This document shows, one piece after another, positions 25,235-42,879 of a stretch of 64,000 nucleotides of DNA; position 1 is the first letter of the stretch; each line of letters starts with the position of its first letter. Under the pieces are notes generated by a model. The model ran no database searches. It worked only from the letters and a program-made list of their open reading frames with translations, and was not told the DNA's origin. A program made the position numbers and the translations under genes. This stretch comes from Octopus sinensis (taxonomy: Eukaryota): positions 8,494,001 to 8,558,000 of the forward strand of contig NC_042998.1 in assembly GCF_006345805.1 (NCBI RefSeq), in the 5' to 3' direction.

Positions 25235-25271
25235 CTATTGAAAAGGTTGCAAGACGCAACGAAAATTTTAG
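25235..25271 (+). ncRNA. Minimal hammerhead-like motif with a U3-A8 core variant
   Basis: CTA-TTGAAAA-G-GTTGC(aagac)GCAAC-GAAA-ATTT-TAG: 5-bp stem II, AATT palindrome, only a 3-bp stem I. Confidence 0.5.
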
Positions 25272-25382
25272 GAAAATAAAAATAATAAAAAAGGGGAAAT
25301 TTTACCGGTGAGTGTGTTACATTATAAGGCACAAAAAGAAAATGACTCTCCCCAGACACAACAGTATATATATATATATATA

Positions 25383-25428
<46 letters not shown>

Positions 25429-25516
25429 GTGAATATATATTTATATACATATATATACATGTATATATATATTAGAGCTATACTCCCTAATATTATTATA
25501 TATATACATAGATATA

Positions 25517-28485
<2,969 letters not shown>

Positions 28486-29094
28486 TATATACTCTTATAA
28501 TCCATTAAGTAAACAAACGATGGAATTAGTATAACTCTTTATTTTGTACGACTATCGCTTCGACCCATCCTCCGACTGTCCTTTATGGATGGGATGCTCA
28601 TTTGTGCAAAATATTACATATATGTGTGTGTGTGCGCGTGTAATATACGCAACCTACGTACACAGGTATTTAAACACGAATACGTAGCACAGTCAATTTA
28701 ATTGTGTCAATTGTTACAGTAATAGTATTGTTTTATAGATACAACTCTTTATAATCCCCCCCCACCAAAAAAAAAAATAAATAAACATTATAGTAATGAA
28801 TGGGAAGTGAAAGAGACTGCGAATGCACAGCAATTGCTCTTCAATGCCGAATAGAACAAGACCATTTTCGTTACTGAAAGATTTCAGGCCTAACATTTTT
28901 AGTAAATGTAAGTCGCTGATCGGTTTTTCCACTTTTACTGGCTACTCGACATTCTGGCACTTACTTACCATCACTTTACATTCGTTACTGAAAGCCGAAA
29001 TAAAGTATCTTAGATATAAGAAGCAAAATAGACTATTTCTTTATTTTTCTTCTATTTTAACCCCCTCACCATATCTAAAGAAAAAGACTATCAT

Positions 29095-29505
29095 AGGCGT
29101 AGGAGTGGCTGTGTGGTAAGTAGCTTGCTAACCAACCACATGGTTCCGGGTTCAGTCCCACTGCGTGGCATCTTGGGCAAGTGTCTTCTGCTATAGCCCC
29201 GGGCCGACCAATGCCTTGTGAGTGGATTTGGTAGACGGAAACTGAAAGAAGCCTGTCGTATATATATATATATATGTATGTGTGTGTATGTGTTTGTGTG
29301 TCTGTGCTTGTCCCCCTAACATTGCTTGACAACCGATGCTGGCTGGTATATTTACGTCCCCGTCACTTAGCGGTTCGGCAAAAGAGACCGATAGAATAAG
29401 TACTGGGCTTACAAAGAATAAGTCCCGGGGTCGATTTGCTCGACTAAAGGCGGTGCTCCAGCATGGCCGCAGTCAAATGACTGAAACAAGTAAAAGAAAA
29501 GAAAA
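29095..29505 (+). mobile_element. Family B SINE, full length
   Basis: Near-identical to 22795-23205. Confidence 0.9.
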
Positions 29506-29689
29506 AGAATACACAGCTAAATTCAAATTAAGTGTCATAAATTATTTAGGGAAACATAGAAATGGAGCTGCCGAAAGACATTTTGGTCCTCCACCAACAG
29601 AAAAAAAAATGATTTGTTGATACCTCGATCTCGAAGAAAAATTGGAAATGATTTGATTTATATATGAGAGAACAATCTATTATATTGCC

Positions 29690-30099
29690 ACCGTGGCTGT
29701 GTGGTAGGTAGCTTGCTTTCCAACCCATTGTTTCGGGGGTTCAGTCTCACTGCGTGGCATCTTCGGTAAGTGTCTTCTACTATAGCCTCGGGTCAACCAG
29801 ACTCGTGAGTGTATTTGACAGGTGGAAACTGAAAGAAACCTGTTCTATATATATAAATGCGCACTTTTAAAGCCTAGCCAGGCTCATGGGCCCGATTTCC
29901 CGGTTTCTATGGCATGTGTTCCCCAGCTTGACGGGACACCAGTCCATCACAGCGTTACTCATTTTTGCCAGCTGAGTGAACTGGAGCAACGTGAAATGAA
30001 TTGTTTTGCTCAAGAACACAACGCGTCGACCGGTCCAGGAATCGAAACCAAAATCTTACGATCATGATGCTGACACCCTAACCACTAAGCCACACGCCT

Positions 30100-30186
<87 letters not shown>

Positions 30187-30355
30187 ATTGTGTATGTGTC
30201 ACTACCGCTTGACAACCGGTGTTGGTATGTTGACGTCCTCATAAGTTAGCGGTTTGAAAAAAGCGTAAGTGCTGGGGTCGATTCATTCGACTAAAAACTC
30301 TTCAAGGCGGTGCCCCGGCATGGCTGCATTTTAATGACGGAAGCAAGTAAAAGAG
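29690..30355. mobile_element. Diverged family B SINE interrupted by a family C-like SINE (29868-30102, minus)
   Basis: Family B head at about 29690-29850 and tail at about 30200-30355, with an inverted tRNA-like head between them. Confidence 0.65.
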
Positions 30356-31389
30356 AAAAATACTCAACAAGAACTTATTTTACCGATTCCAGAATAAATC
30401 TCAGCGGAAAAGACTTGTAATTAAATGTATATGTCACAGCATTTCGTCCAACGTTTTAAAGATGATGGTAATCCGAAAGCCTATTTTATAAAATTATTTC
30501 TATTATATATCATTTAGAAAAATTCACAGCCTTCTTAAACCGTTTTCTTATCAATCCACGCAACGTCTTAAAAGAATTTATTTATAATAGCAACATTTGT
30601 CACTGTCAGTCTGAATAAAATTATAGTTATTTATCAAGCTGGAATTCATTTTGCAGAAAGGAAAATGACAATAGCCGTTTTTTTTCCGTGTCTTAAAAAC
30701 AGGGTTTTTTTGTTTGTTTCTTGTTTTTTCGCATAGTTCAAGATAATTGTATATGACATGTTTAATATTCTTTACACTAACGATGAATTTAGCTTTTGAT
30801 AATTAAAAAGAAATTTTATGTCAGGAATATCGAGATATACTGAACATTATGATTCACAAAGGCAAAGTAGACGTTTAGACGTTGTTTTACCAAAAATACT
30901 CGCGTAGAAATAACTCCCTAAAGATCTGGGTCTCCCTTCTAGTGGCTGACAAAAGAAAAAATAAGGTTTGTGTTGCTATTTTGAATGTCGGTGACGTTAA
31001 AAGAAAAAAGTGAGCAAAGTTATTTTTTCTTTTCTTTCCTTTCATGTCATCGACATTATAAAACTGCTACAAATATTTCATGCTACGCCCACAAAAATGA
31101 AAATAAAAAATAACACATCTCATACACAGAAAACAAAAACTCATATATTTTAATTGCAACGCAAAATATTTATAGTAACGCCGAAAAAAAAGAAGGCACT
31201 ACCATTTTAACATCGAATTTAAATGCAGTTAGTGGGAATCTTATCAACAGCAACAACAGTATACACGTATATATAACGGTAAGTGTAAATACGAAGAACG
31301 GAATGCTATCCTTCGGAAAAATTGTTTCAGTCATTGAAAAGAAACCTTCATATTGAACATTTCGCTGAAATAGCGAAAGTCTGAAGTCA

Positions 31390-32900
31390 TATTTTATACA
31401 AGGCAAGCGCCTGCATACCACAATTTACCATACATGCTGGGAAGAGGAGGAAAGTAAGCCAACTGTGTTTTAGTTGCCAAGATAAAATGAGCTTTTCTTG
31501 TTCCATCCAAGCAACAGACGGAAGTTCTGGCAGATATTTTATGTGAAATCTTCATTGGTAGAGGGATGGCATATGACACCGCATATGTTTTAAAGATGAC
31601 ATGTGTCATCTTTAAAAGAGAGGATGGAGAAAAAGCGTAATTCCATAACTTGTTTGTCACACTTCCCAATAAACTGGTTCCACAATACATGGGAACAAAA
31701 AGTACAAGAATCACTGTCTGGGACATTGATAACGACGTTGACCTCTACTTAGTAATCTCCTTTGTGGCATATATTATAGACATACAAGCCCCTTATGACC
31801 TCGCAAAACACAAAACAATTTGAGAACCGCGTCCTGTACAGAGTGTCGTAAAGCCAAAATGCAAGGTAAACGATCCAGACGACACACATTGGGAGCAAAA
31901 CTTAGTTAAATGCTTTCTGCCCAGAAAGCCTAAAAGAAGAAAAGCAACAACTACAAGAAGAAACCATGGAAGTTATTGATTTTTAGTCAATATCAGACAC
32001 TGTTGCTGAATTGACAAATAGATTGCTCCGTTCCCGTTGCCAATTACAAATCATAGGACTCGAAACACTCACTCCGAATGCAATCGGCCAAGACATAGAT
32101 TGTAATATATGGCATCAACAACTAGGATTAAATAGCTAGAAAGCAATCCTTCACAGCAGTACCACCTCAATGAGATAAGAGGATACCGTTCATACGAAAG
32201 TAGAAGCGTTTCTTTCAAAGCAACCAAGTGTTGTTGCCGTTTTCTTAGACTATTTTCCACACGTCTGCACTCCAGGACTAAGCGTAGACCGAAACAGGGT
32301 ACCTGGTATCGAGAGTATCATCAGGCGCTCACAGCTCTCTGATAGATGGATAATGATGTTTGTAGAAGCTCTACTATTGCGTTCTATGGGGATAGGACTT
32401 GACGGTGGGCAAGAGCGATAGCGTCCGTGGAGAAACTCTGAGTTTTGACGAAAATCATTTGGTAGGCCTATTCCAGAAGACTTTCGACTTTCCAGAAATC
32501 CACGGCCTGGTAGTGCTACAGGTTGAATCATTGTCATTGTAGGATAAACTCTACAACTATGGTGTGCACTTCGCTGAGCCTACCCGAGAAGCGCAAAAAG
32601 TGACAAAACCCTACTGCACTCCCTCGTACAGTGCCCTAACATTGCTGACTTGTGCAGTTACGTCGAACTGCTGCTATCGAAAGGAGGACACATCTGGCTG
32701 TCAGCCAACTCCATCGTGAAGATGGCTCCGCTGCCTTCCTTTGGTCGAGAAAGACAAGATGTTGTCCTCTACCTGGTGATTATGGTGAAAGAGATTTTGT
32801 AGTGGGCAACACAGAAAGCATTGAAGAGACAATTTCCTCTTTAGCTAGGCCCTACTCAGCATTTTCAAGTTCAATTTAAAAACGTACGCGGAAGTGAGTG
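31390..32900 (+). mobile_element. Highly decayed retroelement remnant (ORF1/gag-like)
   Basis: Higher-GC stretch with broken frames, e.g. PNKLVPQYMGTKSTRITV and a CTECRK fragment; loosely resembles the 59100-61150 element. Confidence 0.3.
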
Positions 32901-33011
32901 AGGTACTGCTCCCCCAAACCCAGTAAATGTAATTTTTTGACAGATGGGTGAATGCAGAATCATTATTATATTTTTTTAAGGTGGTGAGCTGACAGAATAG
33001 TTTGCATGCTG

Positions 33012-33112
<101 letters not shown>

Positions 33113-34084
33113 TAAAAAATATATATATAAAAATACAAATGGGACAAGAACGCAAACATACAATAGACGACACAAAAACGGACGGGTCATTCAAAGCCTC
33201 TAATCTTCAGTCAAGAACCGGATCATCCTCGCAATTTCGGCTGATCGATAGATAAATGTATGTATATATGATATACATTCATATGTGTATACATATACGC
33301 GTAATATAAATTTAAATTGCATGACACTATCAAAAGAGAAAAACGATGAGAATTTCTGTTATAGAACGAGTATCCTTCCAAAGGTTTCCAAACATGAGAA
33401 ATTTGTCCACACAGACTCTCTTGTCTTGTTTCACACACACACAAAGACACACATGCACACACACATATGTGTGTACATATGTATACATGTATACAAATAT
33501 AAACACATTCACATATATACTTACCTATCTACATGGCTATCTACCTATCTATCTACCTCCATACATACACACATATATGCATGAATGCTTACATACATAT
33601 ATACACACATACGTGCATGCATGCATACTTACAGACATACACGCATACAAGCATGGTGCATACATACATACATACGTATGTACATACATACGTACATAAA
33701 TATAGATATAACCCAGCGTAACTGGATATTTTTTATTTCTGTAATAATAAATAATAAGTATATTTTCACAAGGACCTCATTGTAATTTTATGGAAAAAAA
33801 AATACCATAAGTGATTCTTTGAAGACAAAGCTACTAAAACTTCACACAGAGAGGCACTCATAAATTTAATATGTTTGTTTCTGTTAATAACTGCAAGAAT
33901 ATAAAACATGACTATCCCAGCTATATAAGGTTACGTAACTTAACAGAGAGGAAAATGTATTCATTAGTATGGTTATCGGTTTTACTAATGGCGGAGGGCC
34001 TGGAAAGGCTATTTGTATAACTCATTCCTCTCACCGAACTTAACGATGGAAAAAAAAAAAGCAAAAAGCTGTGTGTGTATACAT

Positions 34085-34590
34085 ATATATATTTAGAGAG
34101 AGAGAGGGGGAGTCAGAAAGAGAGAGACAGACAGACAGAGGCGAGAGAGAGAGGAGGAGAGAGAAAGAAGGAGAGAGAGGGAGGAGAACGAGAGGAAGGA
34201 GGAGAGAGAGAGGAAGAGAGAGAGGAGCAGGAGGAAGTGAGAGGAGCAGGAGGAGGAGGGGAGAGAGGAGGAGAGAGTGGAGGAGGAGGGGAGAGAGGAG
34301 GAGGAGGGGAGGAGGAGGAGAGAGTGAAGGAGGATGAGGAGAGAGAGAGGAGATGGAGAGAGGAGGTGGAGAGAAGAGGATAGAGACGAGGAGAGAGACG
34401 AGGAGGAGGAGAGAGACGTGGAGTAGGAGAGAAGGAGAGGAGGAAGAGGGAGAGGAGGGAAGAGAGGAGGTGGAGAGAGGAAGTGGAGAGAAGAGGAGAG
34501 AGACGAGGAGAGATAGAGGAGGAGGAGAGAAGGAGAGGAGGAGAGAGAGAGGAGGAGGAGGGTAGAGAAAGGAGGAGAGGGAGAGATACA
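34085..34590. repeat. Polypurine (GA/GGA) tract
   Basis: About 500 bp of almost pure A/G on the + strand; a smaller tract lies at about 42270-42435. Confidence 0.95.
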
Positions 34591-34988
34591 CGCACACACA
34601 CACAAATTCAAATTCAAAATGGCTGATGACTAACATCACGCTTGAAACTCAAAAGTACCAACGAATTTTAATCAAACTGTTTGAATCTATACATTTGACT
34701 CCCAATAAATTTGTTGAGTGCCCTTCTTTCGTTTATACACTCACTCGTGGTCCAACAATGATACTTCATGCATTAAGTACATATTAAACTTTATCAAACT
34801 TGACCAATATTTTTCGAGCAATGAACAATTTTCATCAAAACAATGATATAATTTGTCGACTTGGAACTTATTGCATAGCTGCATGATAAACAATATATTG
34901 TGACCTCCCATTCAGGGAGTCAGTACAATTTTTTCTGTCTAACCTCTTTCTTTCTCTCTCTCTCTCTTTCTTCTCTCTCTCATATATA

Positions 34989-35023
<35 letters not shown>

Positions 35024-35224
35024 TTTCTTTCTGTTGATTGTTTTCAACCATCACCATCACCAGTACCACCACTATCGCCACCACAATTGCCATACACACA
35101 CCATTCAGACTTCTGACGCCACCACCATCAACGCCTTTGACGTCCCCTTGATACCCTAAGGACGTGCTCATTTTGCATAATGGTTAATCCATCGCGGATA
35201 TATATTTATCTATATGTGTGTGTG

Positions 35225-36345
35225 TTTATGTCTGAGAATTAATACGTGTGTATCACACACACATACACATAACATGCACACACACACACACACACGCACA
35301 TACACATAAACATGCACCCACACACACTACCATAACATGCACACACACACACATACACATACCTCACACACACACCACTACATCCATAACATGCCACACA
35401 CACACATACACATAACATGCACCACACACACTACACATAACATGCACACACACACACATACACATAGCATACACACACACACTACACATAACATGCACAA
35501 ACACACCATCCACATAACATGCACACACACACACCACATACACATAACATGCCCACCACACACACATACACTAATATGCACAACACACACACATACACAT
35601 AACATACAACACACACACACCCATACACATAACATGCACACACACACACATACACATAACATGCACACACCACACACATACACATAATATGCACACACAC
35701 ACACACATACACATAACATGCACACCACACACACATCACACATACCATGCACACACACACACCACATACACATAACATACACACACACACACACACATAC
35801 ACATAACATGCACACACAAACACATACACATAACATGCACACACACACACACATACACATAACATGCACACACACACACATACACATAACATGCACACAC
35901 ACACACATACACATAACTACACACACACACATACACATAACATGCACACACACACACACATACACATAACATGCACACACACACACATACACATAACATG
36001 CACACACACACACATACACATAGCATACACACACACACACATACACATAACATGCACACACACACACACATACACATAACATGCACACACACACACATAC
36101 ACATAACATGCACACACACACACACATACACATAACATGCACACACACACATACACATAACATGCACACACACACACACACATAAACATAACATGCACAC
36201 ACACACACACACATAAACATAACATGCACACACACACACACACACATACACATAACATGCACACACACACACACACATAAACATAACATGCACACACACA
36301 CACACACATACACACGTACCACCACCACCACCACACCACACACCA
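35225..36345. repeat. Minisatellite of (CA)n-tacacataacatgca units
   Basis: Dozens of roughly 23-29 bp units that vary in CA count. Confidence 0.95.
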
Positions 36346-36874
36346 CATACTTGCTCACATAAAGCAGTATGAGTATTCCGGTTTGCAAGTACAAGAAAAC
36401 AACCCTTTTCCACAACATGATAAACGAAATGTAAAATGTAACTAATTATGTCTACGCTAACACCTGGACCCAATATCACCGCATCTCTTCCTGGTACAAA
36501 TCCTCAGGATAAACATTAAATGTCATACAGTTACCAAGGCCACATGCTCCTTTTTGGTACCTGCACGTGACACGCCACCCCATAAAATTTTTGCATGTCA
36601 GCAAAATTTACTATGTAAATACATTTCGTGTAGATAATTATTTATAAAACTGCACTCGAAGAAAAGAAACCAATATTCAAAGATTAAGTGGATTGAAGCC
36701 GAAATTATCTAGATTTATCTGACAGCCTCACATTTTTTGCAAACTTCGGAGCAACTTGCGTTGACACAATCAAGGGATACTTAACTCACCACAGAACATG
36801 GTTTAGTTTAATTGTCTCATTAAAACAGAGGCAATTATTCATACACATACACACACGTATTAATTCACAGACAG

Positions 36875-36917
<43 letters not shown>

Positions 36918-36924
36918 AATATAT

Positions 36925-37163
36925 ATCTATTTCTATTTCTTTACTACCCACATGGGCTAAACACAGAGGGGACAAACAAGGACAGACAAAGGGATTAAGT
37001 CGATTACATCGACCCCAGTGCGTAACTGGTACTTAATTTATCGACTCCGAAAGGATGAAAGGCAAAGTCGACCTCGGCGGAATTTGAACTCAGAACGTAA
37101 CGGCAGACGAAATACGGCTACGCATTTCGTCCGGCGTGCTAACGTTTCTACCAGCTCGCCGCA
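36925..37163 (-). mobile_element. Family A SINE, full length
   Basis: Same sequence as 613-859. Confidence 0.9.
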
Positions 37164-37851
37164 TATATATGCGATGGATTAACCGTTAAGCAAAATAAGC
37201 ACGTCCTTAGGGTATCATGGGGAGCGGAGGCACCACATAAATCGTAAATAGTTTACGGCACAAAAGGAATCATTTTAAACTTGCAAAAATAATATTCGAA
37301 GCGGTTTATATGATCGGAAATAGAATTTCGAAGTGTTCATAATGTCACAAGTGAGGATCTGATCAAAAACTTTGTAATTAAGAAAAGGAGGAGAAAATTT
37401 TTCTAATATGAGGTGGAAGTGTACAAAATTAAATATCATTTTCGGTTTTCCTGTGAGTTTCGAATCATTTTGAAAAATAAAAAATTATTCTATGGTTTAT
37501 TGATAATATTTTGAATTACATATAAAAAGGAAAGCAACATTTTTTAAGTGCTTAGGGTCTCTATGGGTCTTAATGCGGCCCTGATACACACACACACACA
37601 CACATATATATATGTATATATATATGGTATATAGTCTTTATAGTGACTATGCGTAAATATGTATATATATATATTTATATATATATAACATATATACATA
37701 TATATATATGTATATATATATATAAGTATATATACACATATACACACGCACATCTATATATGTATATACGTATGTGTGTATATTATATGTATGTATGAAT
37801 GTATGTACGTATATGTATATTATATAGATATAAATATATATTAAATATATC

Positions 37852-37882
<31 letters not shown>

Positions 37883-38006
37883 TATATGATATAATATAAT
37901 ATACATATATATATAGAATGTAAAAAGGTATTATGTACAATCTTCGTTCAACTCCTTTATGCCATTCACTAATAATATATATATATAATATATTATAGTA
38001 TATATA

Positions 38007-38323
38007 TCACCGTGATCACCGCGACGCCAAGCTATCAGATGTTGCTATACATCGCTGGTCACAATGCGAAGCGCATTGTTTTAGCCTTCAAATGACGCCA
38101 CCCCGCTGGCTAAGCGAGCAGGCTAACAGCTAACAGAAGAAAGAGTGAGAGAAAGTTGTGGCGAAGGAGTACAGCAGGGATCGCCACCATCCCCTGCCGG
38201 AGCCTCGTGAAGCTTTTAGGTGTTTTCGCTCAATAAACACTCACAACGCCCGGTCTGGGAATCGAGACCGCGATCCTACGACCGCGAGTCCGCTGCCTTA
38301 ACCACTTGGCCATTACGCCTCCA
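38007..38323 (-). mobile_element. Family C SINE
   Basis: Close match to 25517-25825. Confidence 0.85.
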
Positions 38324-38329
38324 CACACA

Positions 38330-38396
<67 letters not shown>

Positions 38397-39070
38397 GAGT
38401 AGTTTTGTGAGCCTATGTCTATCTATGTGCGTGTGTTTGCATCCGTATAAGTGTATGCACGTGTATATTCATGTTCAATGTCTTCTGTGACTGAAATTGA
38501 CGCGAAACTGTTTATTCAAATGTTTGTGTGGGAAGGTTCGTGTATTTTTGCTCACTTTAGGAAGATAGGAAATTGTAAAACCTCAAAGTATTTCCTCTCG
38601 ACTACATATGCACTCCCAGAATAAGTATAGTCTGTAGAATTTTACGTAGCAGAAAAATACATTTCATGACAAAGGGCATTACCATTTTTGTACGTGGTAT
38701 AATATTCCTGAATCTGTATGTGTATTTGTGTATGTATGTGTGTGTATGTGTGCATGTGTTTGTGCACGCGTGCTTGATGGTGTGTGTTTCTATGTATGTG
38801 TGTATGTGTGTGTGCATGCATGCTGTATACACACAGACACATTTCCACACATATGCTCAATAGAAACACACATATTCATATATTTATACACATATGTATT
38901 TATACGCATAAACATATGTATGTATGTATGTATGTACGTATGTATGCTATTTATATGTCTGTGTGTGTGTGTTTGTACTGTGTAAATGAGGGTAAAAAAT
39001 TAAAATAATTTATCAGTGATTCGCTTACAAGGCATTACATATTTTTACATATGTATAAAGATTTATACAC

Positions 39071-39285
39071 AGAGAGAAGACCCTTGACAGGACTTCTTAC
39101 ATGCTAAAAAAGGGTAGTTAAACCCAAACCACGGAAAATAATTCTTAAGGTGCGCTGTTAATGTCACCAGTGTGCCATTAACACTCTAGTGCCATTAAGA
39201 GCATACCTTAAGAATTATTTTTTCGTGGTTTGGATTTAACTAGCCTTTTTAGCATGAAAGGAGTCCTGTCAAAGGTCCTCTCTCT
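39071..39285. repeat. Fold-back (inverted repeat) element
   Basis: Arms of about 90 bp (agaagacccttgacaggac...ttcttaaggt / accttaagaa...gtcctgtcaaaggtcctc). Confidence 0.8.
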
Positions 39286-39504
39286 CTCTCTCTATATATA
39301 TATATAAGTATATATATACACATACATACACACACACATACATGAATATGACTATATGTATCTATTTGATCTTCGAGTGTAGATATTAATTATGTTCCTC
39401 TAGTTTCCGCTTGCATTGCCTCCGTTCAAATTAAGAAGTGAAACTCCATTCTATTTTTTTTTGCGAGTATTGTTAACACTAGCAATCTCAAAATAAAGCT
39501 GTGC

Positions 39505-39557
<53 letters not shown>

Positions 39558-39760
39558 CCGCCATGATCGACCGCTAGTCACTAAAGCTTCTTTTTATTCT
39601 CTCTCTGTTTATTTTCTCGCCTTTTTCTGTTGTTGAAAAGCGTTGGCTCGAAACGTAAAAGACCTTCTCACCTTCCCGAGCGTTAAACTAATACACCTGT
39701 TTGTTGTTTATACACCTGTCTTCGTTTTTGTTTTTGTTGTTTTTTTTTTGTAAATTCCAA

Positions 39761-39832
<72 letters not shown>

Positions 39833-39839
<7 letters not shown>

Positions 39840-39966
39840 AAATTAGAGACAAAACCACTATTATGCAAATCAACAAAGAAATCCAATACATAAATTAATT
39901 TATGTATTGGATTAAGTCTTTCTTTGATTTGCATAATAGTGGTTTTGTCTCTAAATTATTATAATA
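39833..39966. repeat. Near-perfect palindrome with no spacer
   Basis: Centre taaattaattta at 39891-39902; arms of about 65 bp; embedded in (TA)n. Confidence 0.85.
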
Positions 39967-40129
39967 TAATATTTTACTATAAATTGGATTCAATCCTAAA
40001 TCTGATTTTTCCCTGTAAGTTTGGATTTATTCCCTAATATTTATTATATATATATATATAATATATATAATATATATATATATAATATATATATATATAC
40101 ATATATACATGCGTATAATAAAGGATGAC

Positions 40130-41097
40130 CGCTAAGTAGACATCCAATATGCTAGACGATCATCCACTTATCATCAAAATGTTAGGGGTTACGTGATCAT
40201 GAAAATTTTCAGCCATCCCTTCCTGTTTTGCTAGTCATGCGTGATAGTGCAGAGTCTTACTGAAACACATATGGCTTTCCATATGGCATACACTGTCTAT
40301 CCATGGCTTAACAATTATTTCCAGGGACTCAGTGTAGGCGGCAGATTTAACTCTAAGGCCTTGTGAAAAGAAGTAATGAAGCATTACATGTCCTTCATTG
40401 CTGACAACCCCTAAAACAATGACAGTTGCAGGAAATTTTGCACGTATAACACGTAGAACGTCAGAAGGGTGTGCACATAAGCATCTGGCATTTCTTTTGT
40501 TAACTTTTAGATCTTGACCGAAGTTTTTATCATTTGTGAAAAAACTAGATCAAATCTTCTGTTGAATTTTTCTGTTTGTTTAAGAGCCCTTACGATCTGA
40601 TGTAGTGATTTTCTTTTGCTTTGTCTAACAAAATGACCTTTCCTCATTATATAAGACTTATACCTAATGTCTTCGTGGACACCGTTTCTGACTGTTCCTT
40701 CTGTAACATGGAGATCTTTTGCAATTGACCTCACGGACTTTCTAGGATTGTAATTAATGGTCTGTTGAACTTGCTGGATAAATTCAAGTGTTCAAATGAT
40801 TTAAGAGCGTTTAGAATGCTTTTTATGCTATGATACTAGTGATACGTGTCCATCTTCAGTCACTAGCTCCTTAAAAACTTTGTAGACGAAAGATCTGACA
40901 ACTTTTAAAAAATCGAGATATTTCTAAATCGCTATGCTCAGCCTTTATAACCACAATAACAGCATGCCTCTTCATTTTTTGAGTAAGCTGAGGGTCTGCC
41001 ATTATTATTTTCTGAAACAAAGATTATACAGAGTTAGCAAAAAATGCAGCAATGACACAAAAAAGATACGCCCTCAAGTACGTTACGCACCCTGTAT
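40130..41097 (-). mobile_element. Decayed Tc1/mariner-superfamily transposon
   Basis: Fragments MRSIAKDLHVTEGTVR..HEDIRYKSY and KFPATVIVLGVVSNEGHVM; TIR-like end (rc TACAGGGTG) at about 41088-41097. Confidence 0.8.
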
Positions 41098-42015
41098 ACA
41101 CACACACATACATACATACATAAATAAATATATATATATATACGTGTATATACTTGCATACATATACACTTGCATACATTTATATACTTGTATACATATG
41201 CTTACTAACAACTATGCACTTACATACTTGTACATCTGCTTTCCCTACTCATATGGATTGGAAGAGATGTCATAGAATGTGTAATTTTTATAATGGGAGG
41301 TACAGCTCTCGTATGCTGATTCTCGTACATGTCATTTTAGCTTGATTTCTATAGTCAGATCGCCTGCATCGTTACAGCGTTGGCTGGGTGCATTCTCTCC
41401 TCACACCAGCACTAGAGAAGTTGGTAAAATCTGAACAAAATGGAAACAAAGGGATCTCACAGTCGTGCGCTTTCTCCGCTCGTTTTCTGTCCATTTTACA
41501 GCGTGTACTAGATAGATGTACACAAAAATATATCAGAAGTAGAGGAAAATTGGCCAGCGGCATTTGTGGTATTGCTAAATGTGCATTTCTGCTTCCTTGC
41601 GCTTTGTCAGTGGCAAATATCTACTGGTAATCGCATGCTAAGATAAAATTTGCCTTTAGTGATACAATAAAACTGACTGAATTATCTCTGAGTTTGCAAT
41701 TAGACGGCAAGCCGAATAAAAATTCGCTCTGTAACGGAAACAGCATTAGTCTGCTACTAGTAGATATTTTTGTTTTTTAACACTGTACTTCTATAAGAGA
41801 TAATATCCCAGGACAAATACTGCAGTTAATTAGGCTCTAAAGGATGTATCTGCTTTAAGTATGACACACAAATTGCTATTTTGAGCTAATACTTCTTCCG
41901 CCACTCTCAAACGAAATTTTATTTAGCTTGACTGCTAATTGCAATATTGGTGATCTCTTAATCAATCTATTACTAAATTAGTAACCGCAGATTTCGTCTT
42001 AGCATGCGGCTGCGG

Positions 42016-42072
42016 CGGAATACTAGCTACTGATGAAGTCCGAAGAGGCAGAAATTAACAGTTAGCAATACC
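42016..42072 (+). ncRNA. Decayed hammerhead-like motif
   Basis: gcta-CTGATGA-A-GTC(cgaaga)GGC-A-GAAA-ttaacagt-tagc. Stem I and stem II are recognisable, but the stem III/NUH register is broken. Confidence 0.4.
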
Positions 42073-42879
42073 GTCACTGCAGCTGAATGATTTTCGTCTG
42101 CTACGGGTATCTTTTTGTGCTTTATTACATTATACTTCATCAAGAGATAATATCTTGAGACGAATAGCACAGTTAATTAGGCTTTCAATGACGCATATTT
42201 TGTGTATGATAAACAGACAACTGTTTTAAACGAATGCTGCTTCTATCGCAAATAACGACTATATACTTACATAGAGAGAGGGGCTGGGAGAAAGGGAGAA
42301 AGGGGAGAGAGGGAGGAAGGGTGGAGAGGGAGGAAGGGGAGAGGGGAAGGAAGGGAAGAGAGGGAGAGCTGAAGAGAAGAGAGGGAGAGAGGGAGGGAGG
42401 AGGAGGGAAGGAGGGAGGAAGGGAGGGAAAAAATGCCTGAATATTTGCTTCATATATATATATATATATTTATTATATAGAAGGAGCTTCTACAGGACTA
42501 GAACTGTTTCATTCAAGAGAAATCTTCAGGATATATATATATAGATAGATAGAGAGTTAGAGAGAGAGAGATTGATAACTCTACGCATAACACTATCGGT
42601 TCTGACTATGCTGGTGCTCCTTCATAATGTCTTTTACAGTCTTGACATCAGCATTCAGTGAATGATGGAATTTTGATGCCATTACCCTTATCTGCGACTC
42701 CTTCTTTGATCTGAACCAATGAGACATTGTGCATAGTAGAATTTACATGTATCTTTTGTTTTGTTTTTAATTTTTTTTAAACTATATTTTTACAACCTAT
42801 TCATGTTTATTGTAGACACATATACACGCATATATACCCATGCACACTTGCATAAATAATGCACACAAACGTAGATGCA

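Noticed and set aside
28540-28612. Minus-strand CAAATGA..CCCATCC/GGATGGG..GAAG..GTC motif
   Set aside because: Two core blocks are non-canonical and stem I cannot be put in register; too decayed to call.
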